A stretch of 64,000 bases of DNA from an uncultured Acidobacteriota bacterium (GCA_913043225.1 CAJWLU010000002.1:1-64000); one strand, 5' to 3'. Shown: positions 41,301-51,021, numbered from the stretch's first letter. Numbers and translations are program-made. Notes: a model not told the origin generated them from the sequence alone.

Positions 41301-41710
41301 ATGCCGAAGCAGCGTCTCCGTCTGCGTTCCCGACGATGCCCGATGAGGTGGCGGACCTGATGAGCGCTCCCGAGCGGTCTCGGCTCGATTGGTGCGAGCT
41401 GGCGACGGCTGCGGCCGCGATCTACGACCGGGCGCGCCAGCGAGGCGCGTTCGATGCGCTGCTTAACGGCAGCTGCCTATTCGAGTTGCCGTTCTCACAC
41501 CGCCGTGAGCGGGACGGGGGTTCTGGCGAGCAGATCATCAGAGGCGTCATCGATTGCCTCTACCGAACCCCGGAGGGAGGAATCTCGGTGATCGAGGTCA
41601 AGACCGGGCGGCCTCGGCCCGAGCACGAGCGGCAGCTTGCCCGCTATGTAGACGCAGCCGAGGTTTTGTTTCCAGACGCGTCGGTCGATGGCCGGCTGCT
41701 CTATGTGTAG
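38366..41710 (+). CDS. addA: AddA/RecB-like UvrD helicase-nuclease
   Basis: ASAGTGKT, VDEFQDT, VGDRKQSIY, TVHAAKGLEF, YVAATRAR, GVID..EVKTG. Confidence 0.9.
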   Translation: MSVTSDGQFPPFGETSVPGPPSEWPPLPDAEARIFATNPANNVVLEASAGTGKTTVLVTRYVNLLRAGVDPSNILAMTFTRQAAAEMRERIIRELRVSAERSETDRARWRELRDRLSEISISTIDAFCLSLLREFPLEADLDPAFGMADATEVPRLVEQALDRTLAHGAAVAAEDANVAMLLARLGAVRVRAGLAHLLGRRLVAPEALQRYLATGPAELTAASALASAGRRLSDVLRGVDGGLPRFLADGPEEHPRFQTLARELPRLTELAESSHELLRSLLDRVREYFLTQDGRPRQRFTLGERYCRSAAGWLRHRQAAKALAPAVASALAALDRDLNVVMARGARRLFAIAVSEYERELASRSLLDFSDVLRKALDLLRRMDEFSQSRFRLESRYHHVLVDEFQDTSRAQWELVSLLIQSWGEGFGLVHDAPVQPSVFVVGDRKQSIYGFRDADVAVLRDAGLTIEQLRPDGDARRSIAHSFRSSAPLLHFLNDLFASFEKADRPSDGFCYDDADRFPVEAPDSALSGRGESTLGLVLDTSVAGCAERVAGEVVRLLESGTVRDRETGVRRRAMPGDIAILFRSRETHREFQAALERRDVPAFVYKGLGFFDADEIKDYRALLRYLADPTSELRTAALLRSRLVGLSDAGIARLAGQLSRSLVDPEPPDEFGQLSENDQGLLLVLRDGVRKWLQAADRVPPVELLDQVAAACAYSVELRGPRYVQARENLKKMRGLVRRVQNRGFTTLSRLADHIDRLSGDISNAVVDAFDAVNLMTVHAAKGLEFPVVFLVDLTRGTGGIPSPIRVVADRGDGEPAVTVSPYRSEVDVDGRLRDIEETKRLFYVAATRARDRLYLSATLHDGQLRPAVGSFAGVLPPPFLEWCAEFAPDEEGAFGWCGPSGLEHRFSVVGPAPDASRPRASAVSEGQDRFGAWRPELPLPRVYASVLVAAGEEDEGGTGWVDRVTGRLVHRLLQRDAEAASPSAFPTMPDEVADLMSAPERSRLDWCELATAAAAIYDRARQRGAFDALLNGSCLFELPFSHRRERDGGSGEQIIRGVIDCLYRTPEGGISVIEVKTGRPRPEHERQLARYVDAAEVLFPDASVDGRLLYV

Positions 41711-42102
41711 CCGGGGATGTCGGCCAGTGTTACCAATCCAATCAGGCCTAGGACCGTCTATATCCATAGAAGATCTGGCTCTTGCCACTCGAAAGGGCAG
41801 GAAGCCAAGGGAGAGTGACAGGGTGAACGACACGACATCGACCTCGCCAACCACACCCTTCGAGTTTCGAGCACTCAAGGCGCTTCCTTGCGGGTGCGTG
41901 GCTGTTGACTAAGTCGCCCAGTCCTTGGCGCTGGATCTGGTAGGGGTCGAGGTTAAGGGACCGCACTCCACAGTGGGCCACCATACCAACGGCTCGCTGC
42001 TCGTGCTCGACGAGATCTCGAGCGCCACTGGAGCGGTTAACCAGTCTCTTTCTCTAGTGTCCCACCTGGGGGACAGTGCGTGTGGAGGAGGGGATACCCG
42101 CG

Positions 42103-42300
42103 CTAGCTGCGGATAAGGACCGGGTCGGCGGCGAGCTTGTCGGCCCAAGCATTCGCCTGCATCTCGGCCTCGTCTTGGGTTTGCCCTACCAGGATTACGG
42201 CGTCGAGCGGCTTGTCGTTGTCGCCGCGGGTCACCCAGGAAATCCAGTGGGCACCGCGGGACTCGGTGCGGACGGAGAGATCGCCTCTGGTAATCGTCAT
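42103..42300 (-). CDS. Small hypothetical protein, HicB-N-like
   Basis: W.SWV..GQTQDEA..Q...W pattern; 65 aa. Confidence 0.6.
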   Translation of the reverse strand: MTITRGDLSVRTESRGAHWISWVTRGDNDKPLDAVILVGQTQDEAEMQANAWADKLAADPVLIRS

Positions 42301-42449
42301 GGCCGGCCGGATCGTATCGCAGATCGTCGTGGCCGCGCCACGCGGCGGCTCTTCGATTGCGTGCCTGTTTCCGATTCTCATACAATCTGCCGTGGCTCGG
42401 GCTGGGCAACGGGGCCGCTCGGGTCTTCACGAGAGGAGTCGATTGAACG

Positions 42450-42671
42450 ATGGCATTGGCCTGCGCGGATTGTGGCAATGAGAAGAGCTTCCAGGTGAAG
42501 ACGCTCCAGATGCATGTCGTGCAGGTCGGGGGGGCCGAGTTGGAGCTGTCCGATCAGAGTGCCCCGGCGGTGTTCGAGCTGCTCTGCGACGAGTGCGAGA
42601 CCGAAGTCGATTTTGCCATCCTGGATGCCGAACAGCGTCGTGAGTTGATGCTTTTGCTGGGCGCCGGCTGA
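42450..42671 (+). CDS. Small zinc-ribbon protein
   Basis: CADC..CDEC; RBS GAGGAG. Confidence 0.75.
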   Translation: MALACADCGNEKSFQVKTLQMHVVQVGGAELELSDQSAPAVFELLCDECETEVDFAILDAEQRRELMLLLGAG

Positions 42672-42872
42672 CGCAGTCGCCCACCCGTAAGGATCGGGAG
42701 ATGCCCGTCGCCGTGGTGAACCTTCCTGTAGCTGCACAACAGACACTGCCAGCCGCCACGCTCGGACAAGGTGGCACCACAATCCGGGCAGGTGTGCAGG
42801 GTCGGTCCCGCGCCTCCAGCCTCGGGTGGAGGGGTCTCCGGCATGGGCGAACAGTAGCGTCTGGGTCCTCTG

Positions 42873-42902
42873 TTGACATGCTCGGAGACGCACTCCTATC
42901 GT
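42873..42902 (+). promoter_or_regulatory. Sigma70-type promoter
   Basis: TTGACA-N18-TATCGT, just upstream of ATG 42912. Confidence 0.55.
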
Positions 42903-42911
42903 AGGTGGACC

Positions 42912-43508
42912 ATGCGCTACCACCATCGCAGGCTCGGGCTTCCGGAGGACGCCGATCTCCGCGAGATTCGGCGCGCCTACATGGAGCTTGCGCGTCAGTA
43001 TCAGCGGGACGCCGCATCGGATGCGTCCGAGCAACTGGCTGCCCTGCATCGCGCCTATGTCGTGCTCAGCGACCCGGGGCGGCCCGCTGGCGCTGACCGG
43101 GTCACGGCGTGGCGCCGTTTCGGGGGACGAGAGGCGTTCGCCGACGAGGTGGACATCGATTTTCCATCGGTCGCTGGCCTGGTTGAACGCATGAGGGCTA
43201 CCTTCTTCGGGCCTGCGCTGGACGAGGCGGTCGCGGCCGAGGTCCGGCTCACACCAGTGCAGGCAACCACCGGGACGAAGATACCGGTGGATGTGTCCCT
43301 GCGGCATACTTGTCCGGTGTGCGGCGGGCGCGGCGAAGTGTGGCTCGACCCGTGCGGCGCCTGTGCCGGGAGCGGCGACGGGCTGCTGCCGCACCAGTTT
43401 CAACTGGTGGTGCCTCCCGGCGTTCGCGATGGCACCTACCTCCAGTTCCACATCGAGCCGTCTTACGCTCCAGCCAAGCAGTTCCAGGTCCGGATCACCG
43501 TCCAGTAA
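42912..43508 (+). CDS. Short DnaJ-like protein lacking HPD
   Basis: J-like helices (EIRRAYMELARQYQRD..AYVVLSDP), CPVCGGRG/CGACAGSG, VPPGVRDG. Confidence 0.8.
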   Translation: MRYHHRRLGLPEDADLREIRRAYMELARQYQRDAASDASEQLAALHRAYVVLSDPGRPAGADRVTAWRRFGGREAFADEVDIDFPSVAGLVERMRATFFGPALDEAVAAEVRLTPVQATTGTKIPVDVSLRHTCPVCGGRGEVWLDPCGACAGSGDGLLPHQFQLVVPPGVRDGTYLQFHIEPSYAPAKQFQVRITVQ

Positions 43509-43575
43509 CCATGACGAACGGCCCGGCCGTCTAGGCCAAGACCGACCTCGCGCTATCGTCCTGAGGAATCCGTCG

Positions 43576-44664
43576 ATGACAACACAGACCGTCGAACCGG
43601 CCGCGGTACTCGAAGCCCTCCGGGTCGTGCAGGACCCGGACCTCGGCCGCGACATCGTGAGCCTCGACTTCGTCAAAGACTTGCAGGTGTCGGACGGTAT
43701 CGTGACGTTCGCCATCGAGCTCACGACCCCGGCCTGCCCGGTTAAGGACCAGCTGCACGATCAGGCCGTGGCCGCCGTGTATGTCTTGCCTGGCGTCAGC
43801 GAGGTCAAGGTTCAGATGACGTCGAACGTTCGGGCGGTGGCCTCGCCCGAGGAGGGGCGCGCCCCGATTCCTGGCGTCAAGAACATCATCGCGGTGGGTG
43901 CCGGCAAGGGCGGCGTCGGCAAGAGCACCGTCGCCGTGAACCTGGCCCTCGCGCTCGCTCGCTACGGGGGACGGGTCGGGCTTATGGATGCGGACGTCTA
44001 CGGTCCGAACGTGCCAATCATGCTCGGCATCAAGACGCAGCTCGAGACCGACGGGAAGAAGATCGTGCCGGCCGAGAAGTTCGGTATTCCGGTGGTCTCT
44101 ATGGGGTTCCTTACCCAGGACGAGACGCCCATCATCTGGCGCGGGCCAATGCTCCACGGTGTCGTCCAGCAGTTCTTTCGTGAGGTGCGATGGGACGAGC
44201 TCGACTACCTGGTTGTGGATATGCCGCCAGGCACTGGCGACGTGGCTCTCAGTCTGAGTCAGACGGTGCCCGTCTCTGGCGCGGTGGTCGTCACCACGCC
44301 ACAGACCGTGTCGGTGGCCGATTCCCGTCGCGCTTTGGCGATGTATAAGAAGCTCAACGTGCCCACGCTCGGTCTGGTTGAGAACATGAGCCACTTCGTT
44401 TGCCCCGGGTGCGAGACCGAAAGCGACATCTTCGGCAAGGGTGGCGGCGAGGCGGCGGCCGAGGACATGGGCGTGCCCTTCCTCGGGCGGATTCCGATCT
44501 ACCAGCCGATTCGCGAAGGGGGCGATAGCGGCAATCCGGTCGTGGTGACTGAACCCGAGTCGGCGGCTGCCCGCGCGTTCCTCGATGTGGCGGAGCGGAC
44601 TGCGGCGCAGGTGTCGATCGCCGCGCTCGACCCGGCGCCGTTCTCGTCCGTGCCGGTGTCTTGA
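43576..44664 (+). CDS. mrp: Mrp/ApbC Fe-S cluster carrier ATPase
   Basis: DUF59 N-terminus (TTPACP), GKGGVGKST, DMPPGTGD, ENMS..CPGC. Confidence 0.95.
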   Translation: MTTQTVEPAAVLEALRVVQDPDLGRDIVSLDFVKDLQVSDGIVTFAIELTTPACPVKDQLHDQAVAAVYVLPGVSEVKVQMTSNVRAVASPEEGRAPIPGVKNIIAVGAGKGGVGKSTVAVNLALALARYGGRVGLMDADVYGPNVPIMLGIKTQLETDGKKIVPAEKFGIPVVSMGFLTQDETPIIWRGPMLHGVVQQFFREVRWDELDYLVVDMPPGTGDVALSLSQTVPVSGAVVVTTPQTVSVADSRRALAMYKKLNVPTLGLVENMSHFVCPGCETESDIFGKGGGEAAAEDMGVPFLGRIPIYQPIREGGDSGNPVVVTEPESAAARAFLDVAERTAAQVSIAALDPAPFSSVPVS

Positions 44665-44670
44665 GCCCGC

Positions 44671-45384
44671 CTATCGCTGGGCTTCGCCGGTCATCGGGAC
44701 GAACAGCACCGGTAGGATTTCGCTCCGCGTGACCCCGTCGGCCGTCCGCGTCAGAACCGTCAGCATCTGGCGATCGTCGCCGACCGGGATGATCATCAAG
44801 CCTCCCAGGGCGAGCTGGTCGATGAGCGGCTGGGGCACGTGGTCTGGCGCCGCGGTCACCATGATGGCGTCGAACGGCGCTGCGTCCGGCCAACCGGCGT
44901 AGCCGTCGCCTTCCCGTAACTGGACGTTCTGGTACCCCAGACGAGTGAGGCGCTCGCGCGACCGGGTCGCGAGCTCAGGGACGATCTCGATCGAATGAAC
45001 GGTGTCGACCAACTCGGCCAGCACTGCGGTCTGATAGCCCGATCCGGTGCCCACCTCGAGTACCCTGGCGGCAGGGTCGAGTGCCAGCGCCTGTGTCATG
45101 AAGGCGACGATGTAGGGCTGCGAGATCGTCTGCCGATAGCCGATCCGCAGCGGCCGGTCGTCGTGGGCGTAGAGGCGCTGGTCGAGGGGCACGAATTCCT
45201 CTCGCGGCACCTGGAGCATCGCCTCCAGCACCCGTTCGTCGGTGATGTCGCGCCCGCGCAGATGCTCCTCGACCATGCGCATGCGGGCCTCCTCGTACGG
45301 GGATTGGCGCGGCGCGGCGGTGACCGGTGTGACCGGACCGATCTCGGCGGTGAGAGCGGGCCCGCATGATGTGGCCGCGAGCAC
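44671..45384 (-). CDS. pcm: Protein-L-isoaspartate O-methyltransferase
   Basis: [32 protein letters not shown]. Start uncertain. Confidence 0.93.
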   Translation of the reverse strand: MLAATSCGPALTAEIGPVTPVTAAPRQSPYEEARMRMVEEHLRGRDITDERVLEAMLQVPREEFVPLDQRLYAHDDRPLRIGYRQTISQPYIVAFMTQALALDPAARVLEVGTGSGYQTAVLAELVDTVHSIEIVPELATRSRERLTRLGYQNVQLREGDGYAGWPDAAPFDAIMVTAAPDHVPQPLIDQLALGGLMIIPVGDDRQMLTVLTRTADGVTRSEILPVLFVPMTGEAQR

Positions 45385-45402
45385 CGTCAGCGCCAGGGAG
45401 AC

Positions 45403-46122
45403 GTGAAACCGATGTTCTTGCTGTTTGTCGCCGCCGGTTTCGGGCTGTTGACGCTCGCTCACGTCGCCCCTTTCCCCTTCCTCCTGGACAGGCTGGCTTC
45501 CGACACGGCGCGCTGGGAGATGCCAGCCGAGGAAGGAACCCGGCGAGTGTATCTCACGTTCGACGACGGCCCGAATCCCACCGCGACGCCAGCACTGCTC
45601 GACGTGCTGGCTCGTCATGAGGCGCACGCCACCTTCTTCATCCTCGACCGGCACCTCACCACGGAAACGGCGTCACTGGTGATCCGGATGTTCGAAGAGG
45701 GGCATGCGGTGGCCCTGCACTCCCACACGCGTCGGCTGATGGCGCTCCGTCCCGAGCGGCTGGCCGAGACGCTCGTGGCCAACGCCGATCGCATCGAGCA
45801 GTTGGCTGGACACCGGCCATGTCCCGCGTTCCGGCCGCACGGAGGATGGCGGAGTGGCCAGATGTACGTTGGGCTCGACTTGATCGACCACACGTTGATC
45901 GGCTGGGGCTGGTTTCTGTGGGACTGGGATTGGTTCCGAGCTCGCGACCCGGCACGCCTGGCACGTCGTTTCGTCGCCCGTGTGTCCGATGGCGACATCA
46001 TCGTCATGCACGATGGCCATCACGAGGATCCGAGACCGGACCGTCGGTACAGCGTCGAAGCGACTGACTTGATGGTGCCCGAGCTCCGCGAACGAGGGTT
46101 CGAGCTTGGGACGATCTGCTAG
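45403..46122 (+). CDS. Polysaccharide deacetylase (CE4)
   Basis: LTFDDGP, HSHTH, FRPHGG, IVMHDG. Confidence 0.9.
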   Translation: MKPMFLLFVAAGFGLLTLAHVAPFPFLLDRLASDTARWEMPAEEGTRRVYLTFDDGPNPTATPALLDVLARHEAHATFFILDRHLTTETASLVIRMFEEGHAVALHSHTRRLMALRPERLAETLVANADRIEQLAGHRPCPAFRPHGGWRSGQMYVGLDLIDHTLIGWGWFLWDWDWFRARDPARLARRFVARVSDGDIIVMHDGHHEDPRPDRRYSVEATDLMVPELRERGFELGTIC

Positions 46123-46156
46123 TCCGGGGTTCGCACCGATACCGGGGACCAGGCGC

Positions 46157-47989
46157 CTACTGTGGCTCGACCTCTGGACCGAGCCAGGCATCCATCCGTC
46201 CCTGCTGGTCCCGGCTCGGAGATTCGAGCGGCGCGAGCTCCCACTGCTCGGCCGGGGCCGCCTCGACCCGCACCACCAGTTCACGCAGCTCACCGCGCCG
46301 CGCGATCAGCACCGGTAGATCGGTGCCGGGAGCGAAGGCCGCGATTCGTTCGTTCCATTCCGCAGGGAGTACGCGGTGGTCGCCGATGGCTAGGATCTCG
46401 TCGTCGACATTGAAGCCGGCGGTGCGGGCCGGTGTGTCTCGTCGAACCTGACTTACCAGCAGCCGTCCGCCGGCGTTCCTTGCTCGTAGCCCGACCCAGC
46501 CCTGCTCTTCATCAGGCGGGGGTCCCACGAGCTCCAGGCCAAGCCACTGCAGTGCCTCGTCATAGTCGAGCTCGCCGGTGCCGTCGACCGTACGTTGGAA
46601 CCAGCTCGATAGGTCGACGCCGGCCACTTCGGCGGCAGTCGCGCGGAACTCGGCGGGGGTGTAGCCTCGCTCGCCAGAGTAGCGTTCGTAGGCCGTCCGC
46701 AGGAGGTCGTCGAGTGTTCGTGCGCCACCAGTGGCCGTGCGGATCCGCATGTCGAGGAGGAACGCGACCACGGCGCCCTTGGTGTAGTAGCTCACCGAGG
46801 TGTTGGGACTGTTTTCGTCGGCCCTGTAGTACTTGATCCACGCGTCGTATGAAGACAGGGCCAGCGGTTGTACCTCGCGACCCGGAGTGGTCTGGAGTGA
46901 CTCGATCTGCCCTGACAGCGCCTCCAGATACTCCTCGCGGCTGGAGAGCCCGGCCCGGTGCACGAGCAGGTCGTCGTAATACGATGTCACTCCCTCGACA
47001 ATCCACAAGCTTTCGGTATGTACCTCCCGCTCGTAGTTAAACGGGCCGAGCTCGAGCGGACGTAGCTGCTTGACGTTCCAGGCGTGGAACAGCTCGTGGC
47101 TCACTAGGGCCAACCAGCGGAGATAACGGGAGCGTGACGAGGTTGCCCAGCGGCTCGTCATCAGGAGCGTCGAGTTTCTGTGTTCGAGCCCACCGCCCGC
47201 CTCCGTGATCATGTTGAGGAACAGATACCGGTCGTAGGGCAGCTGGCCCCAGAGGTCCCGGATCTCGCGGGTGAGCGTCTCGACATCCCGGGCCGATTCG
47301 GAGCCGTGCCAGACGCTAGACTCACCGACGTTGACCAGGAGGTGTGGCACCTCGTCGACAGCGAACTCGTAAATAGCCGGATCACCGGTCACGATCGGAG
47401 TGTCTACGAGCGTGTCGAAGTCCACGGCGCGGTAGCTGTGGGGACCCCGGTCCTGTCGTGGCGTGAGCCCGGTCATGCTGCGATACCAGTGGGCTGGCAG
47501 CTCGAGGGTGACGTCATGCGGGCGCGGCTCGGTCTCGTCGGCCAGCGTCAGGAAGGTGGGGGCGCCATTGAGCATGGCGAAATCCGTCTCGATCCAGTTC
47601 GTGCGCACCGACATCTCGCGCCCGTACACCTGATAGGACACGATCACGCGGGGATGACCTTCGGTAGTGATCTGCCATCGGTTCTTCTGGGTCTTCACGA
47701 CCGACAGCGCCGTACCGTCCGGTGCCTGGCCGCGGACGTTCTCCACGTGGCGAGCGAACTCACGCACTAGATACGACCCAGGTGTCCAGACCGCCATCAT
47801 CAGCTCGATCTCGGCCGCACCATCGGTGGGTACTTCGGCCACCACGTCGACGTAGTGGGTGTGCGGAGCCGGAAAGCTGACCGTGTAGTCGATCGGTTCG
47901 GCCGGTTGAGCGATTGCCGGAACGGTCGACAGTAGCAGTCCGGCGACCGACAACGGGACGGTGCTCCACGTTAGGGTGAGGTGTCTCAT
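46157..47989 (-). CDS. M61 glycyl aminopeptidase with PDZ domain
   Basis: WTPGSY, GGLEH, HELFHAWN, SYYTKG; C-terminal PDZ. Confidence 0.92.
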   Translation of the reverse strand: MRHLTLTWSTVPLSVAGLLLSTVPAIAQPAEPIDYTVSFPAPHTHYVDVVAEVPTDGAAEIELMMAVWTPGSYLVREFARHVENVRGQAPDGTALSVVKTQKNRWQITTEGHPRVIVSYQVYGREMSVRTNWIETDFAMLNGAPTFLTLADETEPRPHDVTLELPAHWYRSMTGLTPRQDRGPHSYRAVDFDTLVDTPIVTGDPAIYEFAVDEVPHLLVNVGESSVWHGSESARDVETLTREIRDLWGQLPYDRYLFLNMITEAGGGLEHRNSTLLMTSRWATSSRSRYLRWLALVSHELFHAWNVKQLRPLELGPFNYEREVHTESLWIVEGVTSYYDDLLVHRAGLSSREEYLEALSGQIESLQTTPGREVQPLALSSYDAWIKYYRADENSPNTSVSYYTKGAVVAFLLDMRIRTATGGARTLDDLLRTAYERYSGERGYTPAEFRATAAEVAGVDLSSWFQRTVDGTGELDYDEALQWLGLELVGPPPDEEQGWVGLRARNAGGRLLVSQVRRDTPARTAGFNVDDEILAIGDHRVLPAEWNERIAAFAPGTDLPVLIARRGELRELVVRVEAAPAEQWELAPLESPSRDQQGRMDAWLGPEVEPQ

Positions 47990-48361
47990 GGTATTTCTAC
48001 GAGGGCTTCCAGGCAGTCGAGATGGACCGCCGTCGCGACGTCGCCGTCTATCTCGAGCGCCGAAGCTCGTCCAGCGCAGCGGGAGGGCAGCATGCCGGCA
48101 TCGCTCAGGTTGGTCAGCGCGGAGGTCGGAACGACAGGCCCGTTCGGTCCGGTCCAGACCGCGAAGACACACGTTGTCATAGAAACCGCCAGGATCAGGC
48201 GCGGACTGACCGCAGAGGACTGCACTCTCTCAGTCTACCCGCTCCGCCCAAGGGTCACTAGCGGGCGGCGTGTGCCAGAGCCAATGGATTCTGCACCCCG
48301 ATATTGCGTCCCACCTCGGAGACCGGAATGTGACCGATCTCACAGGATCGGTGGAGTGTGT

Positions 48362-49348
48362 CTAGGAGTGTCGCCGAGCCGCCGCCGCGACTGCGGCGCC
48401 GATCAAGCCGACGCGGGGCTCGAGGATAACGGCTACCGGGAACCGCTCGGTTAGCGACCGCAGAGCGCCCTTGTTGCGAAACGCGTCGAGAAAGGTGCCG
48501 TTTCTGAGAGCCGGCAGGATCTTCGTCGGGATGCCGCCGCCGAGGAAGACGCCTCCGCGGGCTAGCGTTCGCAGTCCCAGATCGCCGGCGGCCGCTCCGA
48601 GCGCAGAGACGAATCGCTCAAGCGTCCGTTCGCAGCCGGCGCAGCGGCCGTCGAGCGCGGCGGTCGACACTGCCACCGCGTCAGGTGGTTCCTCCTCGTC
48701 GGAGCTGCGGCAAGCCGCTTCCCTGTGTGCATGACGATGAAACCTGACTAGACCCGGTCCTGACAGCAGTTCTCCCCGGCCGACGTGACCCAGGCTCGAC
48801 CGGAGTTCGGCGACTAACTCGTGCTCCTCTGCGGTCCTTGCCGCAAAGTCGGCATGGCCGCCTTCGGACGGGAGCGGCACCCAGCTGTCCCGTACCCGGT
48901 GTAGCGACGCCTCGCCGAGATGGGTGCCGGGTGCGATGACGGCAATCGCTCCCTCGCGCGTCGGCTCGCCAGGCTGGAGGATCGTCACTTCCGAGTTGTG
49001 GAGGTAGGGTACGGCGTAGGCCATCGCGACCAGGTCGTTCATGACGAGCACCGGACTGCGGCCAAGGGTGCGGCCAAGGTGGTCACCGTCGACTCGCCAG
49101 CGGACGTTGGTGAGGTTGGAGGCGTTGCCTTCGACCGGTCCGGCGACGCCGATCGCCGTCCCTCGGATCCGGCTCGGCTCAGCGCCGCTTTCCTCCAGAA
49201 AGCGGTCTACGAGATCAGTCAGCCCATCCCACTCGAGCGTCGGATACTGGCGCTCGTTGACGAGTTCGGGACGAGGGAAGGCGTCCGAGAACAGACCGAG
49301 CCATGTCTTGGTGCCGCCGACGTCGCCTGCCAGGAGCAATGAGGACAT
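48362..49348 (-). CDS. glk: Glucokinase
   Basis: AGDVGGTKT, AGPV, NLTN, SEGGH, LGGGI. Confidence 0.92.
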   Translation of the reverse strand: MSSLLLAGDVGGTKTWLGLFSDAFPRPELVNERQYPTLEWDGLTDLVDRFLEESGAEPSRIRGTAIGVAGPVEGNASNLTNVRWRVDGDHLGRTLGRSPVLVMNDLVAMAYAVPYLHNSEVTILQPGEPTREGAIAVIAPGTHLGEASLHRVRDSWVPLPSEGGHADFAARTAEEHELVAELRSSLGHVGRGELLSGPGLVRFHRHAHREAACRSSDEEEPPDAVAVSTAALDGRCAGCERTLERFVSALGAAAGDLGLRTLARGGVFLGGGIPTKILPALRNGTFLDAFRNKGALRSLTERFPVAVILEPRVGLIGAAVAAAARRHS

Positions 49349-49486
49349 GACCGTCAGTGACCGGGAGTGACGGATGGCGCGTGTAAGTGACTTGACATGC
49401 GCATCATTCTCATTCATCTTTCGGCCCGGCGCGTCGGCATGTGTGCTCAGCCAGCCATCTCGCGCTGATTGGCCAACGGGATTGCG

Positions 49487-50650
49487 ATGAGCCTGCCCCC
49501 GGCAGAAGTAGCCTCTCCTTCCGATTCTCCGTTTCTCGACCAGGTTGTCGTGTTCTCCGGAAAGCTGGCTTCGGTCGGCCGTCGGGAAGCTCGAGAGCTT
49601 GTTGAACGTCTGGGCGGCGTGATCGCTGACGAGGTGACGAGCCGGACCACGATGCTGATCGTGGGGGCGGGGGACGCCGAGTGTCGTGAGCGGGACGACG
49701 CTGAGCGGCCTGCATCCACCAAGGTGCGCAAGGCTCATCAGATCAACGCGGCGTCCCCCGATTCGGTCTGCATCCTTCAAGAGAAGGATTTCTGTCGCCT
49801 GGGTGGATTGATGTCGGCCGACGCGCTCGACCGCCAGTACTACAGCGTCCGCCAGATCCGGGACAAGTATCCGGCCGTGCGCGAGGACCAGCTCAGGTAC
49901 CTCGAGAAGTGGGCGCTCGTCCGGCCGGTCGCGCGTACCGACACAGGTCGCTACTTCGGGTTTCAGGACCTACGCACCATCCGCGAGATCAGTGAGGCAC
50001 TGGAGAGCGGTGTGCCCTTCCGGGTGTTGGTGAGGAGCATGGTGGCGGCCCGCGACGGGCAGCTTACGCTCGACTTTGGTCAACGGGCGGGCGAGCCGCA
50101 GCCGATGAAGGTGGTGGCGCTGACCAGGCCGCGTGTCGAGCCGGGGGCGCCGGTGGGGGTCTTGGAGGTCGGGCCGTCAACTTCCGCTCAGTCGTCGTTG
50201 GCCGCCCGATACTTTAAGGAAGGAGCGTCGCTCGACGAAGGAACCGAGGGCGACCAGGAGCAGGCGCGCCTGGCCTACCGAAAGGCACTGTTGCTCGACC
50301 CAAACCTGGTGCCGGCTCTCGTTAACCTTGCCAACATCTACTATGCGCGGGACGAGCTGGTGGAAGGGCAGGCTCTCTACGAGCGGGCCATGCACCTAGA
50401 CCCCGAGTGCTTCGAGGCATACTTCAACTTGGGGAACATCCACCACGACCTCGGACGATACCTCGACGCGCTCGAGCACTACCGCGTCGCTATCGGGATC
50501 AATCCGAGCTACGCCGACGCGCACTTCTACCTCGCGGTCACGCTGGAGAAGATCGGCCACTCGGCCGAGGCCAAGGCGCACTGGCGCTCCTATCGCGATC
50601 TCGCTCCTGAAGGTGAGTGGGTCGAACTTGCCAAAGAGTTCAGTGAGTAG
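49487..50650 (+). CDS. BRCT + MerR-like wHTH + TPR protein
   Basis: VVFSGKL..REARELVERLGG..VTSRTTMLIVG (BRCT); YSVRQI..LRYLEKWALVRP..YFGFQDL (wHTH); four TPRs. Confidence 0.85.
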   Translation: MSLPPAEVASPSDSPFLDQVVVFSGKLASVGRREARELVERLGGVIADEVTSRTTMLIVGAGDAECRERDDAERPASTKVRKAHQINAASPDSVCILQEKDFCRLGGLMSADALDRQYYSVRQIRDKYPAVREDQLRYLEKWALVRPVARTDTGRYFGFQDLRTIREISEALESGVPFRVLVRSMVAARDGQLTLDFGQRAGEPQPMKVVALTRPRVEPGAPVGVLEVGPSTSAQSSLAARYFKEGASLDEGTEGDQEQARLAYRKALLLDPNLVPALVNLANIYYARDELVEGQALYERAMHLDPECFEAYFNLGNIHHDLGRYLDALEHYRVAIGINPSYADAHFYLAVTLEKIGHSAEAKAHWRSYRDLAPEGEWVELAKEFSE

Positions 50651-50673
50651 AGCAACCCCTGTCAGGGGTTGCT
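50651..50673. terminator. Hairpin between convergent genes
   Basis: AGCAACCCCT-GTC-AGGGGTTGCT. Confidence 0.65.
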
Positions 50674-50995
50674 AGTACGGGTAGTCGTCTTCGAAGTCGT
50701 CTGACTTTGCGCGTTTCTTGGGAGTGCGGCGGAGCTTGTACAGTATACAGTCGGGACACCAGGCCTCGGCGCTAAAGCCGCTCTTGCCCGCGTAGGGCAA
50801 GACGTCGCGATTCGAGCAGTACTCTTTCCCGCTCTCCTCGGCGTGGAAGCGGCACTTTTTGAATCTGGCCTCTGCCGGACTGGGCTCCGCCGCTGGCTTT
50901 GGGGTCGGCGGCTCGGTGGTGGCTGGTTCGGTCGGGACCGGGTCGGCGGGCAGCGGTTCTGCGCTTCCCGGCGGGCTGTCGGACTCGTCGAACAT
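50672..50995 (-). CDS. Small Cys-containing hypothetical protein
   Basis: Pro-rich N-terminus; C..H..C..CPDC. Confidence 0.7.
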   Translation of the reverse strand: MFDESDSPPGSAEPLPADPVPTEPATTEPPTPKPAAEPSPAEARFKKCRFHAEESGKEYCSNRDVLPYAGKSGFSAEAWCPDCILYKLRRTPKKRAKSDDFEDDYPY

Positions 50996-51021
50996 CTCAG
51001 TTGATTCCGTGTGCTCGCCTG

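Noticed and set aside
35470..41710. Helicase + PD-(D/E)XK nuclease pair as a defence system or Cas4 locus
   Set aside because: Architecture and order match housekeeping AddAB; no repeats or cas genes nearby.
41711..42100. ~390 bp without a convincing gene
   Set aside because: Only short ORFs with no motifs; possibly a decayed remnant that cannot be assigned.
47990..48360. Intergenic stretch with short ORFs
   Set aside because: No recognisable protein motif or RNA structure.
49469..49486. Sigma54-like TTGGC..TTGC (similar cases at ~9158 and ~52564)
   Set aside because: Spacing is GG-N11-GC in the first two, and the third lacks TTGC.
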